From assembly GCA_041287585.1 (NCBI GenBank), contig JBGGNI010000213.1, positions 7,250 to 71,249 on the forward strand: a DNA stretch of 64,000 bases, given 5' to 3'. Below, piece after piece: positions 48,517-58,165 of the stretch (position 1 is the first letter of the stretch; every line of letters starts with the position of its first letter). The notes under the pieces are model-generated. The model did no database searches and had not been told where the DNA came from. It was given only the letters and a program-made list of their open reading frames with translations. Origin of the DNA: Xanthobacteraceae bacterium. Lineage in GTDB: Bacteria > Pseudomonadota > Alphaproteobacteria > Rhizobiales > Xanthobacteraceae. The translations under genes and the position numbers were made by a program.

Positions 48517-50241
48517 CTAGCGTGCGTGAAAGCCGCGGCGGCTCAGGCGCGTCGCAATGAGCACGATGGTGCTGGTGACCAGGGTGAACGAGAAGGCCAG
48601 CGCCGCCAGCGTGCCGAACGTACCCTGCTCCCAGATGTCGAGGATCACGAAGCCCACCACCGGGTTGCGTGTGCCGGCCAGCAATGCCGAGGCGGTCAGT
48701 TCGCCGGCCATGAGCACGAAGAGCAGAGCCCAGCCGCTGACCAGCCCGGGCAGCACCAGGGGCAGCAGCACTTTGCGGAAAGTTCGGCCCTGCGAGGCCC
48801 CGGCAACCGACGAGGCTTCGAGCAGGTCGTCGCCGACCTGGCTCACCGCCGCATTGGCCGCGATCGATGCCTCGGGCATATGCAGCACGATGTAGCAGAG
48901 AAAAAGCAGGAACAGCGTACCGGACAGATTGAACGGCGGGCCGCTGAAGGCGAGCAGGAACCCCACGCCGATGACGATGTGGGACAGCGCGGCCGGCAGC
49001 TTGGTGACACCGTCGATGGTCCGGCCGACCACGCCCGGCGCACTCTTGGCATAGACCGCCATCAGGACGCCGAGACTGATGGCGACGAAGCCGCCCACGA
49101 GGCCGAGCCCGAGGCTGTGCTGGAATGCGACGCTGGTGATCGGGCGCCGGATGAGCACATTGTAGTAATTGTCGAGCGTGAAAACGGCGGGGTTGATATT
49201 GACCTGCCAGAACGGCTGCAGTGACACAATAAGCAATGCCAACAACGGCAAGACCGAGGTGCAGACGACATAGGCGATCATGATCGCGCGTGCGGGCCAC
49301 TTCCAAGGTCCGAGCTCGACCACGATATGGCGCGCACTCTTGCCGCCGATGGTGGCAAAGCGGCCGGCCCGGGTGACACGGCGCTGCACCAGCCAGATCG
49401 CGGCAACGACCACCAGCATGAACAGGGTCAGGACCACCGCCTGGTCGGTACGCGGCGGATATTCGAAGGTCAGCGAGCGCAGGATGCGGACGGACAATAT
49501 GTCGATGCCCGCGCGGTTGGCGATGACGACCGGGATCGAGTAGACCGAAAATCCGACGATGGCGACCAGCAGCGCGGCGCCGAAGATGGCGGGCTTGATC
49601 GCCGGCAGGCTGATTTTGCGCAGGGTCATCCAAGTGCTGGCGCCCGAGAGGCGCGAGGCCTCTTCCAGCGCCGGATCGACATTGCGGAAGGCACTGGCGA
49701 CGATCAGGTAGACATAGGGAATGAAGTATAGCGTGTAGACAAAGATGACGCCCGCCCAGGAGGTGACGTTGACCTGCAAGGGAATGCCCAGCCGGCCGAA
49801 CGTCGCGGCGAGAAAACCGTTGATAAAGCCGGCTCCCGGGCTCGCCAGGAAGATCCAGCCGATCGCCATGGCAACCGCCGGGACCAGCAGCGGAATGATC
49901 GGCAATATGTCGCCCAGCGTGCCAAGCCGTGCATCCGTGCGCTCGTTGAGCCAGGCGAAAATGGAAGCCGTGACGACCGCCAGGGCGCCGGCGCTGACAA
50001 CCACGGCGACCGTATTGAACAGCGTCGGCCCCAGCCACGGCGCCGCCAGCACCATGCCGAACGCCGACAGATCGAGCGATCCCTGCGGGAAGAACACCCG
50101 GTACAGCATGATTGCTGCCGGATAGAGGATGAGGAACACGATGCCGACGGCAACCGTCATGGAGAAGCCGTCGAAGATCGAGATACGGGGCAGCCAGCTG
50201 CCATCGCGACCCGGATCGCGCAGGTCTGTGATCATGGCCAT
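48517..50241 (-). CDS. FbpB/ThiP-type ABC permease
   Basis: Two EAA loops (LEEASRLSGAS, LLEASSVAGAS); about 12 TM segments. Confidence 0.9.
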   Translation of the reverse strand: MAMITDLRDPGRDGSWLPRISIFDGFSMTVAVGIVFLILYPAAIMLYRVFFPQGSLDLSAFGMVLAAPWLGPTLFNTVAVVVSAGALAVVTASIFAWLNERTDARLGTLGDILPIIPLLVPAVAMAIGWIFLASPGAGFINGFLAATFGRLGIPLQVNVTSWAGVIFVYTLYFIPYVYLIVASAFRNVDPALEEASRLSGASTWMTLRKISLPAIKPAIFGAALLVAIVGFSVYSIPVVIANRAGIDILSVRILRSLTFEYPPRTDQAVVLTLFMLVVVAAIWLVQRRVTRAGRFATIGGKSARHIVVELGPWKWPARAIMIAYVVCTSVLPLLALLIVSLQPFWQVNINPAVFTLDNYYNVLIRRPITSVAFQHSLGLGLVGGFVAISLGVLMAVYAKSAPGVVGRTIDGVTKLPAALSHIVIGVGFLLAFSGPPFNLSGTLFLLFLCYIVLHMPEASIAANAAVSQVGDDLLEASSVAGASQGRTFRKVLLPLVLPGLVSGWALLFVLMAGELTASALLAGTRNPVVGFVILDIWEQGTFGTLAALAFSFTLVTSTIVLIATRLSRRGFHAR

Positions 50242-50242
50242 C

Positions 50243-51436
50243 TCACGCAACTCCTGCCGCCGCATCGCGCGGCAGCAGGCGCAGGCTCTGCGGCGACAAG
50301 GCGAGCCAGGCTTCGTCGCCGACACGCAGGCCGGCCCCCGAGTTCAGCGTGGCGCGCAGCCGCTCGCCGCCGATGGCCAGCAGATATTCGGTCTGCGGCC
50401 CGAGGAAGACGCGGGTGTCGATGGTGCATCGGTGGCTGTTGGTCTGGTCGACCGGCCGGCCGGCCTGCAAGGCCATGGCTTCGGGGCGCGCCAGCAGCAG
50501 CATGTCTGCGCCCAAGGAGGGTTCAGGCATGCCCTGCACCATCGGTGACAGGCGATCCACAATGAAGTCGCCGACTTGCGTTGCAACCCGAATACTGTCG
50601 GCGTCGACCGCCGTCACCTTGCACGGCCAGATGTTGGCGCCGCCGATGAACCGGCCGACATAGGAGGAGTTGGGGCGATTATAGATCTCCTCGGGGGTGC
50701 CGACCTGCACCAGATTGCCGTCGCCGAGAACGGCGATCCGGTCGGCAACGGCCATCGCCTCGCTCTGGTCGTGCGTCACGTAGAGCGCGGAGAAGCCAAG
50801 GGCCTGCTGCAGCCGCCGGATTTCGAGGCGAAGCTGTTCGCGTACCTTGGCATCCACATTGGACAGCGGCTCATCGAACAGCACAACGCCGGTTCCTGCG
50901 ACGACCGCCCGCGCCAGAGCCACGCGCTGCTGCTGGCCGCCCGAAATCTGGCCGGGATACTGCGGCGCCAAAGTATCGAGGCCCACCACCCGAAGCGCCT
51001 CCATGGTCCGGCTGCGGATCTCCCCGGCGGCGGCCCCGCGCGAACGCAGCGGATAGGCCACGTTCTCGAAGATGCTCATATGTGGCCAGAGCGCGTAGGA
51101 CTGGAACACCATGCTCACGGGACGGCGGTTCGGTGGCAGGAAGATGTTCCTGGCGGCGGAGAAGACCAATTGCCCGTTTATGTAGATTTCGCCCGAATCC
51201 GGCCGCTCGAGCCCGGCGACGCAGCGCAGCAACGTGGTCTTGCCGCAGCCGCTGGGACCGAGCAGGACCAGCATCTCGTCGACCGAAACGTCGAGGCTCA
51301 CATGGTTCACCGGCACGACCACGCCGCCGCCTGACTGGCGCTTATACGTCTTGACGAGATCCACCACACGGATGCGATGAACGGCATCGACCGGATGATC
51401 GGTACCCGCGGGCGCAAAGTGCTGATGAATGCTCAC
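50243..51436 (-). CDS. ABC transporter ATP-binding protein (FbpC/PotA-like)
   Basis: GPSGCGKT, FQSYALWPHM, ISGGQQQRVA, FDEPLSNVD, YVTHDQ; GGAG RBS before GTG 51436. Confidence 0.92.
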   Translation of the reverse strand: MSIHQHFAPAGTDHPVDAVHRIRVVDLVKTYKRQSGGGVVVPVNHVSLDVSVDEMLVLLGPSGCGKTTLLRCVAGLERPDSGEIYINGQLVFSAARNIFLPPNRRPVSMVFQSYALWPHMSIFENVAYPLRSRGAAAGEIRSRTMEALRVVGLDTLAPQYPGQISGGQQQRVALARAVVAGTGVVLFDEPLSNVDAKVREQLRLEIRRLQQALGFSALYVTHDQSEAMAVADRIAVLGDGNLVQVGTPEEIYNRPNSSYVGRFIGGANIWPCKVTAVDADSIRVATQVGDFIVDRLSPMVQGMPEPSLGADMLLLARPEAMALQAGRPVDQTNSHRCTIDTRVFLGPQTEYLLAIGGERLRATLNSGAGLRVGDEAWLALSPQSLRLLPRDAAAGVA

Positions 51437-51561
51437 GGCAATAACTCCGCTGATCGCCCTGATCGCCTGGGGAACTGGTGTTTGGCTTCCGATGCGACGA
51501 CCGGGCTGGCACTTGGCCAGCCACGGTGCAGGCACCGCCGACGTGCGGCGCGGGCCGTTGC

Positions 51562-52611
51562 TTACTGCAAGCCCAGCAGGGCCAGCAGCTTGGCTTTCCG
51601 GTCGGCGGCGATCGGCTGATCGGCGGAGATGAACCCCTTTACCGGGCTCGGGCAGCCCTCATAATCGGTCAGCAGCACCGACGCGGAGTTGCCGCCGCAA
51701 TTGATCCGCTGCGCTTCGGGCGTCAGCAGCCAGGTCATGAACACCCGTCCGGCGTTCGGATGCGGACTTTTGGCCGGCAGGCCCCACGAATGCTGCGGGC
51801 CGAGAGGGGGAACGCTGGAGTTTTCGGAAGGATAGACGTAGCCAAGAGGTGCGCCCTGGTCGAGCAAGGGCTGGACGTGGGCGAAGCTGGGCGGAATGAC
51901 TACCAGATAGGCTCCGGCGGCAACCTGCTGGACACCCTGAGTGCCGCCCTCGACGGGGACGAAATTCTGGGCGCGCAGTTTTTCGACATAGGTCGCGCCA
52001 TAGGTCTCGTACATCAGGTTGACCCAATTGAGGTAGGTATTGGAGGCACGCGGATCAACGATCATGCCCTTGCCCTTATATTTGGGGTCGAGCAGGTCCT
52101 CCCAGGTCTTGGGCGCCTTGTCCTTGGCAATGAGGTTTGAATTGTATGCGATCAGTTGCGGGCCCTGGCTCGAATTCAGGTAGATATTGTGCAACTGGTC
52201 AGACGGCCAGGCCGCGACCGTGGGAATGGTCTCCACGGTCAAGGGGCGCCACATGGCCGGGCGATTGGTGAAGATCAGCACATTGGCCGAGTTGAGGACG
52301 TCGGCTTCGAAGACTCCGGCCTCGGCCTCGGACATGAAGCGGTTGGCGAGCGTGCCGGATGCCGCGCGCAGTATGTTGACTTTGATTCCCGGCACGGCGG
52401 CCTCGAAGGCGGCAGCGGTGGCCTGGAGCAGGTCCTGGCTCTGCGCGCCGTACACCGTTACCGATCCTTCGGCACGGGCAGCCTTTAGAACGGCGGGATC
52501 CAGCAGTTCGACGCCGCTCTTCGCCGTCGCCGGCAACGCCGCGGCAGCGCTGATCGCCAGAGCCGTCACTATGGCGGCGAAACGTTTGGTCATGGCCTTC
52601 CTCCGATTCAT
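51562..52611 (-). CDS. ABC substrate-binding protein (FbpA/thiamine-like, type II)
   Basis: AGGAGG RBS; signal peptide; ARAEGSVTVY, IAYNSN...APKTWEDLLDPKYKGK, PHPNAGRVFMTWLL. Confidence 0.9.
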   Translation of the reverse strand: MNRRKAMTKRFAAIVTALAISAAAALPATAKSGVELLDPAVLKAARAEGSVTVYGAQSQDLLQATAAAFEAAVPGIKVNILRAASGTLANRFMSEAEAGVFEADVLNSANVLIFTNRPAMWRPLTVETIPTVAAWPSDQLHNIYLNSSQGPQLIAYNSNLIAKDKAPKTWEDLLDPKYKGKGMIVDPRASNTYLNWVNLMYETYGATYVEKLRAQNFVPVEGGTQGVQQVAAGAYLVVIPPSFAHVQPLLDQGAPLGYVYPSENSSVPPLGPQHSWGLPAKSPHPNAGRVFMTWLLTPEAQRINCGGNSASVLLTDYEGCPSPVKGFISADQPIAADRKAKLLALLGLQ

Positions 52612-52667
52612 TGGCGTTTCCTCCTGATGGATCGCGGGCCGCCGTTTTCGGTCGTCCCCGCTCGGTC

Positions 52668-53633
52668 TCAAGGCTGAATGGCGATGCGCCCTCCGCTGAC
52701 TTTCCTTTCGGTCAGGAACGTGCACAGGTCGTCGAAGACCTGTCGCTCGAGCTTCGCCACGGCCGCGGTCGACAGAAAGGCGACATGCGGACTGACGAGC
52801 AGGTTTGGCGCCTGATTGACCGGATGCTCGGCCGGCACCGGCTCGACTTCGAAGACATCGAGGCCGGCGCCGCCAAGATGGCCGGAGCGCAGGGCCGCGA
52901 TCAAGGCGTCGGTATCGATCAGCTCGCCGCGCGCCACATTGATGACCACCGCGCCAGGCGGCAGCTTCGCGAGCTCTGCCGCGCCGATCATGTGGCGGGT
53001 CTGTGCCGTCAACGGGGCATGCAGGGTGATCGCATCGCTTCGGCGCAGCAGTTCGTCCAGGCTTTCAACCCGTTCACTGCCGACGGGCGCGGCGTTCAGG
53101 AACGGGTCGAACACCAGTACGGTCCCGACCAGCGGCAGCAGCCTGGCAATGACCGCGCGCCCGATGGCACCGCCCCCGACGACGCCGGCCGTCATCAGGT
53201 GGAGCGGGGCGATGTCGGAGATTGCCCGCCGGCCGCGCCAGCCCGCACGCGCAATGCGGTCCGCCTCCAGCAATCTGCGGTTCACCGCCAGCAGCATGGC
53301 GACGGCATGGCTGGCGACTTCCTGGGTGGCGTAGTCGGGCTGATGAATGACGGCAATGCCGCGGTCGCGGGCGGCCTCAAGGTCGATGGAGTCCAGCCCG
53401 ATGCCGGCGCGCGACAGCGCCGCAACACGCGGCCCGACGGCCGCGAGTTCCGTCTGGCCGAATTTCTGCAGGCCGACGATGACGCCGTCGGCATCGGCGG
53501 TGGCGGACGCGATCTGCTCGGCGTTGCCAAGCGGGGCCAGGCAGACGCTGACCGTGGTGTCTCCGATCCGGCGCTGGTCGAGAGAGATGCCGGCGAACGT
53601 GCCTTCGGCAACAACGATCTTGAGTTCGGCCAT
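52668..53633 (-). CDS. D-isomer-specific 2-hydroxyacid dehydrogenase (CtBP-like)
   Basis: RAGIGLDSID, GVVGGGAIG, LHAPLT, INVARG, DVFEVEP, SPHVA. Confidence 0.92.
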   Translation of the reverse strand: MAELKIVVAEGTFAGISLDQRRIGDTTVSVCLAPLGNAEQIASATADADGVIVGLQKFGQTELAAVGPRVAALSRAGIGLDSIDLEAARDRGIAVIHQPDYATQEVASHAVAMLLAVNRRLLEADRIARAGWRGRRAISDIAPLHLMTAGVVGGGAIGRAVIARLLPLVGTVLVFDPFLNAAPVGSERVESLDELLRRSDAITLHAPLTAQTRHMIGAAELAKLPPGAVVINVARGELIDTDALIAALRSGHLGGAGLDVFEVEPVPAEHPVNQAPNLLVSPHVAFLSTAAVAKLERQVFDDLCTFLTERKVSGGRIAIQP

Positions 53634-53654
53634 GGATGATTCCTCTCCTCCCGC

Positions 53655-54863
53655 CTAAGCGATGGAACCGCGATCGCGCAGACGATCCAGCACCGTGCGA
53701 TCGACCTGGAACTCGTCGGCAAGCACAGCCTCGTTCGAGGCACCCAGCTTCTGGCCGGCCCAGCGAATGCTGCCGGGCGTATCCGAAAGCCGGAACATGA
53801 CGTTGGGCATGCGGATCGGACCCAGCTCGTCGTCCTCGACGGTGGTGATCATCTGGCGGGCCTGGACATGCGGATCGGCCATGAGCTCGTGAATGTCGTA
53901 GACGGGCGCCATGGTGACCTGCGCCTCGGTCGCCGCGACCATCACTTCATCGCGGGTGTGGCTGCCGATCCAGGCGGAGACCCCGTCGTCCAGCAAATCA
54001 TTGTTCTCGACCCGCCCACGGCCCGACTTGAACCAGGGCTCCGCGACCAGATCGCCCCGACCCACCAGGGTCATGACGCGTTCGGCGATTTCGTTGGTGC
54101 TCGACGCGACGCCGATCCATTTGCCGTCTTTGGTCAGGTAGACATTGCGTGGTGCGGTGTTGACCGAGCGGTTGCCGGTGCGGGTCTCGCGCAGCCCGAG
54201 TTGATCGGCGCGCACGATCTGGGCACCCATTGTGGACATCAGAGGTTCGAACACTGTCATGTCGATCACCTGACCTTTGCCGTTGCTGACGTCCCGATGG
54301 TAAAGCGTCATCATTATGGCGGCGACGGCACTGAGGCCGGCCATATAGTCGGCCAGCGCCAACGGCGGCAAAGTGGGTGGGCCGTCCGGCTGCCCGGTGA
54401 GATGGGCGAAGCCGGTCATCGATTCGATCAGGGTTCCGAAGGCGGGCCGGCGCGAATAAGGCCCCTCCTGGCCGAAACCGCTGAGGCGGGCGAGCACGAG
54501 ACCCGGGTTGATGGCGGAGAGCACATCGTAACCCAAGCCCCACTTTTCCAGCGTTCCCGGGCGGAAACCTTCCACCACCACATCGGCGGTGGCAACCATG
54601 GTCTTGAAGATTTCCGCGCATTCGGGGTCACCGAGATACAGGGTGACGCTGCGCTTGTTTCGGCCGACCACCTTCCACCACAGCGGCACCCCGTCCTTGG
54701 AGTGTCCCTGGCGGCGCAGTCCGTCGCCGCTGGGGTGCTCGATCTTGATCACCTCGGCACCGAAATCCGCCAGGATCTGGCAGGCCGTGGGCCCGGCGAC
54801 GACATTGGCCAGTTCCAGTATCCGCAGTCCCGCAAGGGGCCCCGACGTCGCGGCGTCCGTCAT
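53655..54863 (-). CDS. CaiB/BaiF family (class III) CoA-transferase
   Basis: PLAGLRILEL..VVAGP, ADFGAEVIKIE, RNKRSV, EGFRPG, SGFGQEGPY, LAD (catalytic Asp), GKGQVID. Confidence 0.95.
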   Translation of the reverse strand: MTDAATSGPLAGLRILELANVVAGPTACQILADFGAEVIKIEHPSGDGLRRQGHSKDGVPLWWKVVGRNKRSVTLYLGDPECAEIFKTMVATADVVVEGFRPGTLEKWGLGYDVLSAINPGLVLARLSGFGQEGPYSRRPAFGTLIESMTGFAHLTGQPDGPPTLPPLALADYMAGLSAVAAIMMTLYHRDVSNGKGQVIDMTVFEPLMSTMGAQIVRADQLGLRETRTGNRSVNTAPRNVYLTKDGKWIGVASSTNEIAERVMTLVGRGDLVAEPWFKSGRGRVENNDLLDDGVSAWIGSHTRDEVMVAATEAQVTMAPVYDIHELMADPHVQARQMITTVEDDELGPIRMPNVMFRLSDTPGSIRWAGQKLGASNEAVLADEFQVDRTVLDRLRDRGSIA

Positions 54864-54934
54864 TGTCTGCCTCCCAGGCGTTTTTAGATACCGATTGTTT
54901 CACCGGTTGACCTACCGTAGCTGCCAATCGTTTT

Positions 54935-54953
54935 CTGTCAACTGTAAACAATT
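54935..54953. promoter_or_regulatory. Putative GntR operator CTGTCAACTGTAAACAATT
   Basis: caiB/gntR divergent promoter; 17/19 identical to 60354-60372. Confidence 0.7.
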
Positions 54954-55046
54954 TGACGAAAGTGGCGTTTGCAGGGACAACCGATTATATCGGCCACACG
55001 CGGCGTACTTGACGCGCGCCCATCACCGCGGGTTGTGTAACTCGAG

Positions 55047-55769
55047 ATGACGCACGATATGGAGACCTCCGCAGTGTACGTTCCCGAGCCGGTTGATTCC
55101 GTACCGCTGCGCATACAAGTCTACGAACGGCTGGAAAAACTTATCGTCGAGGGCCGCTATCGCCCCGGAGATCGACTGCCGGAAAACGAACTCGCCAGCT
55201 TGCTGTCGGTCAGCCGCGGCCCGATCCGCGAAGCTCTGCAATTGCTCGAACGCGACGGCTGGGTGGAAGTCAAACCCCGTCACGGGGCAACGGTGCGTCG
55301 TCGCACGCTGACGGAAGTCGCGGAATTCTTCGACATGCGCCGCGTGCTGGAAGTGCACGCAGCCGTGCTGTGCGCCCGCAACCTAACGGACGCCAAGGCC
55401 GAACGCCTGCAGGAGTTGATGAGGCTGTCGCACGAGGCCGACATCTCCGGCGACCCCGCCGCGTTGATGAAAGCCAATTGGGAGGTTCACTGCACCATTC
55501 CCAAGCTTTCCGGCAACCAGGCCATGGCCGAAACCATTCTCAGCCTCGGCCGTCGCGTTCGCTGGTACACGCTGACCCCGCGGTCCTGGGAACGCGCCAA
55601 GGATGTGCTGGCCGAACATGGCGCACTGGTGGATGCGATCTGCGAGCGGGACGAGGCCAAGGCTTCACGGTTGATGGATACGCATATCGCAAACAACTGG
55701 GCCGCGTATCAAAGGTGGATCTCGGAAAACACCGGCCAAGTCGTGAGCGATCTCGCACCAATCTACTGA
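55047..55769 (+). CDS. GntR family (FCD) regulator, paralog B
   Basis: PLRIQVY, VSRGPIREALQLLERDGWVE, RRVRWYTLTP shared with 31362-32054. Confidence 0.92.
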   Translation: MTHDMETSAVYVPEPVDSVPLRIQVYERLEKLIVEGRYRPGDRLPENELASLLSVSRGPIREALQLLERDGWVEVKPRHGATVRRRTLTEVAEFFDMRRVLEVHAAVLCARNLTDAKAERLQELMRLSHEADISGDPAALMKANWEVHCTIPKLSGNQAMAETILSLGRRVRWYTLTPRSWERAKDVLAEHGALVDAICERDEAKASRLMDTHIANNWAAYQRWISENTGQVVSDLAPIY

Positions 55770-55814
55770 CCGGGACGGCCAGTAATCGACGGACCGCCAT
55801 GTCGACCCCAGTTC

Positions 55815-56594
55815 CTAGATGGTCGAAGCGAAGCCACCGCCATCGAGCAGCAGGTTCTGGCCGATGATGAATTCGGCATGCGACGAGCAGAGAAAGGCGC
55901 AGGCCTTGCCGAACTCGTCCGGCTGGCCGAGCCGCCCAACGGGAATTTCGGCCGCGCGCTTGGCCATGATCTGATCGAGCGAGAGGCCCGACTTGCCCGC
56001 TTCACGGGCCGCGCTCGTGCGAATGCGGTCGGTTTCGAACGGGCCCGGCAGCAGATTATTGATCACCACATTATGCGCCGCCACCTGCCGCGACAGCCCC
56101 GCCACGAACCCGGTCAGGCCGGCCCGCGCGCCATTCGACAGGCCGAGCGCCGGCAGCGGCGTCTTAACCGACCGCGAGGTGATGTTGACGATCCGGCCGA
56201 AGCGCCGGGCGATCATGCCGTCGATCGTTGCCTTGATCAGCAGGATCGGCGTGATCATGTTGGCGTTGATGGCATCCTGCCATACGGCCTCGTCCCAGTC
56301 GCGGAAGTCGCCGGGGCCGGGGCCACCGGCATTATTGACGAGAATGTCGGGGGTGGGCGCCGCCGTCAGCAGCGCGGCGCGCCCGGCCGGGGTGGTGATG
56401 TCGGCGACGACCTCGGTAACACTCACTCCGGTCAGGTCCCGAATTTCCTCGGCTGTGCGCGACACGTCGGCGGCGGTGCGTGCATTGATAACGACGTTGA
56501 CGCCTTCCTGCGCCAGCGCCAGTGCGCAGGCACGGCCCAATCCCTTGCTCGATGCGCAGACGATCGCCGTCCTGCCGGAGATGCCCAGATCCAC
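55815..56594 (-). CDS. SDR family oxidoreductase (atypical active site)
   Basis: VCASSKGLG, DILVNNAGGP, GRIVNITS, LSNGAR in place of YxxxK, NNLLPG, GQNLLLDGG. Confidence 0.9.
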   Translation of the reverse strand: MDLGISGRTAIVCASSKGLGRACALALAQEGVNVVINARTAADVSRTAEEIRDLTGVSVTEVVADITTPAGRAALLTAAPTPDILVNNAGGPGPGDFRDWDEAVWQDAINANMITPILLIKATIDGMIARRFGRIVNITSRSVKTPLPALGLSNGARAGLTGFVAGLSRQVAAHNVVINNLLPGPFETDRIRTSAAREAGKSGLSLDQIMAKRAAEIPVGRLGQPDEFGKACAFLCSSHAEFIIGQNLLLDGGGFASTI

Positions 56595-56630
56595 TTCAGC
56601 CTCCTCATGCGCCCATGGCGCTCTCTGCCG

Positions 56631-57779
56631 TCAGAGCGTTGCCGCCGTTCCCAGAATGGCGGTGGCCTGGCTCGACAACTGACCGCCATTGCCGTGAGCG
56701 AGCGCCACCTGCGCCCCCGGAACCTGGCGCGCACCGCCTTGCCCGCGAAGCTGACGCGTCGCCTCGATCAGGGTGAACACGCCATACATGCCCGGATGGC
56801 AGCAGGAGAGCCCGCCGCCATTGGTGTTGACCGGAAGTGAGCCGCCGGGCGCTATGGCGCCGCTGGCAACCAGCGCGCCGCCTTCGCCCTTGCGGCAAAA
56901 GCCGAGGTCTTCGAGAAACAGGATCGTATTGATGGTAAAGGCATCGTAGAGTTCAAGCACATCGACGTCCGTCGGACGTAATCCCGCCGCGTCAAAGGCG
57001 CGCCGGCCGGATTCCACCGCACCGGTCACGGTGAGATCGGGCATTTGCGAGATCTGGCGATGCGTCGTTTCCATACCGACGCCGAGAACGAACACCGGCG
57101 CATGCGGGGCATCTGCCGCCCTGCCGGCTCGCCGCAGGATGATGGCGCCGCCGCCATCGGTGACGAGGCAGCAGTCGAACAGCGAGAGCGGATCGCAGAC
57201 CATGCGCGCCGCGAGCACGGTTTCGAGGGTCAAGTCGTCGCGCATCATCGCTTCCGGGTTGAGCCGGGCCCAGCTGCGCGCCGCCACCGCCACCGCCGCA
57301 AACTGCTCGCGTGTGGTGCCGTATTCATGCATGTGGCGCTGCGCCGCCAGCGCGTAGCCGGTGATTGGATTGCGGGGCCGGTACGGCGCTTCCCAGAACA
57401 TCGGCTCGGTCAGCGTCATCAGCTTGCCGCCGGCGGAGCGCTGATTGGAGCCGTAGCAGATGCAGGCCGTGTCGATCAGCCCGGCCTCCAAAGCGAGAAT
57501 TGCGGGGATCAGATGAGCGACAAAGGACGAACCGCCAATATTGGTGCCGTCGAAGACCGTCGGGTGGATGCCGAGATACTCGGCCACCGACATGGCTGGC
57601 ATGAATTGGGATAGCGTTGCTGTAAAGAGGCCATCGATATCCTGCACGGACAGGCCCGCGTCGGCCGCAGCGGCCTGCACGGCGACGGCAAGCTGGTCGA
57701 GCGAACTCAGTCCGGGATTGTCCCATGCCGGCGTCGTGCCGACGCCCACGATCGCCACCTTGCCGCGCATCGAGTTCAT
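56631..57779 (-). CDS. SCP2-type thiolase-fold protein lacking the nucleophilic Cys (possible acyl-CoA aldolase)
   Basis: VAIVGVG, NIGGSSF (no Cys), RHMHEYGTT, DCCLVTDGGGA, ELYDAFT, EDLGFC, NTNGGGLS, EATRQLRG. Confidence 0.88.
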   Translation of the reverse strand: MNSMRGKVAIVGVGTTPAWDNPGLSSLDQLAVAVQAAAADAGLSVQDIDGLFTATLSQFMPAMSVAEYLGIHPTVFDGTNIGGSSFVAHLIPAILALEAGLIDTACICYGSNQRSAGGKLMTLTEPMFWEAPYRPRNPITGYALAAQRHMHEYGTTREQFAAVAVAARSWARLNPEAMMRDDLTLETVLAARMVCDPLSLFDCCLVTDGGGAIILRRAGRAADAPHAPVFVLGVGMETTHRQISQMPDLTVTGAVESGRRAFDAAGLRPTDVDVLELYDAFTINTILFLEDLGFCRKGEGGALVASGAIAPGGSLPVNTNGGGLSCCHPGMYGVFTLIEATRQLRGQGGARQVPGAQVALAHGNGGQLSSQATAILGTAATL

Positions 57780-58165
57780 AAGTGAAGCTCCCCGACGGGC
57801 CGGAAGAAGATCAGGGGATTGTCGTCGCCGCGCTGCTCGATGTCGGCGACGACGCGCATGCCGATGGTCACGCGATCGGCCGGCACGTCGCGCACCTGAG
57901 CCATCATGCGGACGCCCTCGTCGAGATCGACCAGCGCCACATTATAGTCGCCACCCTTGTCCGGCCGCTGCCGGATGGCGGTGGTGGAGTAGACCGTTCC
58001 CAAACCGCTGACGGACCGCCATTGGGTCAAGGGGGACCCGGTATAGGGCGATAGGGTGCGTGGGTAGAACACCGGACGGCCGGTGTCGCTGCACAGCTGC
58101 AGCTCGATGCGACCCTGGCGCAGAGCGTTGAAGAAGTAAGTCTCGGGGGCATCGCTGGCTTTCAT
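57776..58165 (-). CDS. DUF35 Zn-ribbon/OB-fold protein (thiolase partner)
   Basis: Overlaps both neighbours by 4 bp; VFYPR, SGLGTVYSTT, YNVALVDLDEGVRMM, IGMRV. Confidence 0.88.
   Translation of the reverse strand: MKASDAPETYFFNALRQGRIELQLCSDTGRPVFYPRTLSPYTGSPLTQWRSVSGLGTVYSTTAIRQRPDKGGDYNVALVDLDEGVRMMAQVRDVPADRVTIGMRVVADIEQRGDDNPLIFFRPVGELHL

Noticed and set aside
47318-50038. 906-aa ORF as a single large protein
   Set aside because: Only the last ~384 aa (from ATG 48472) look like an MFS transporter; the rest is an off-frame overlap with the ABC permease
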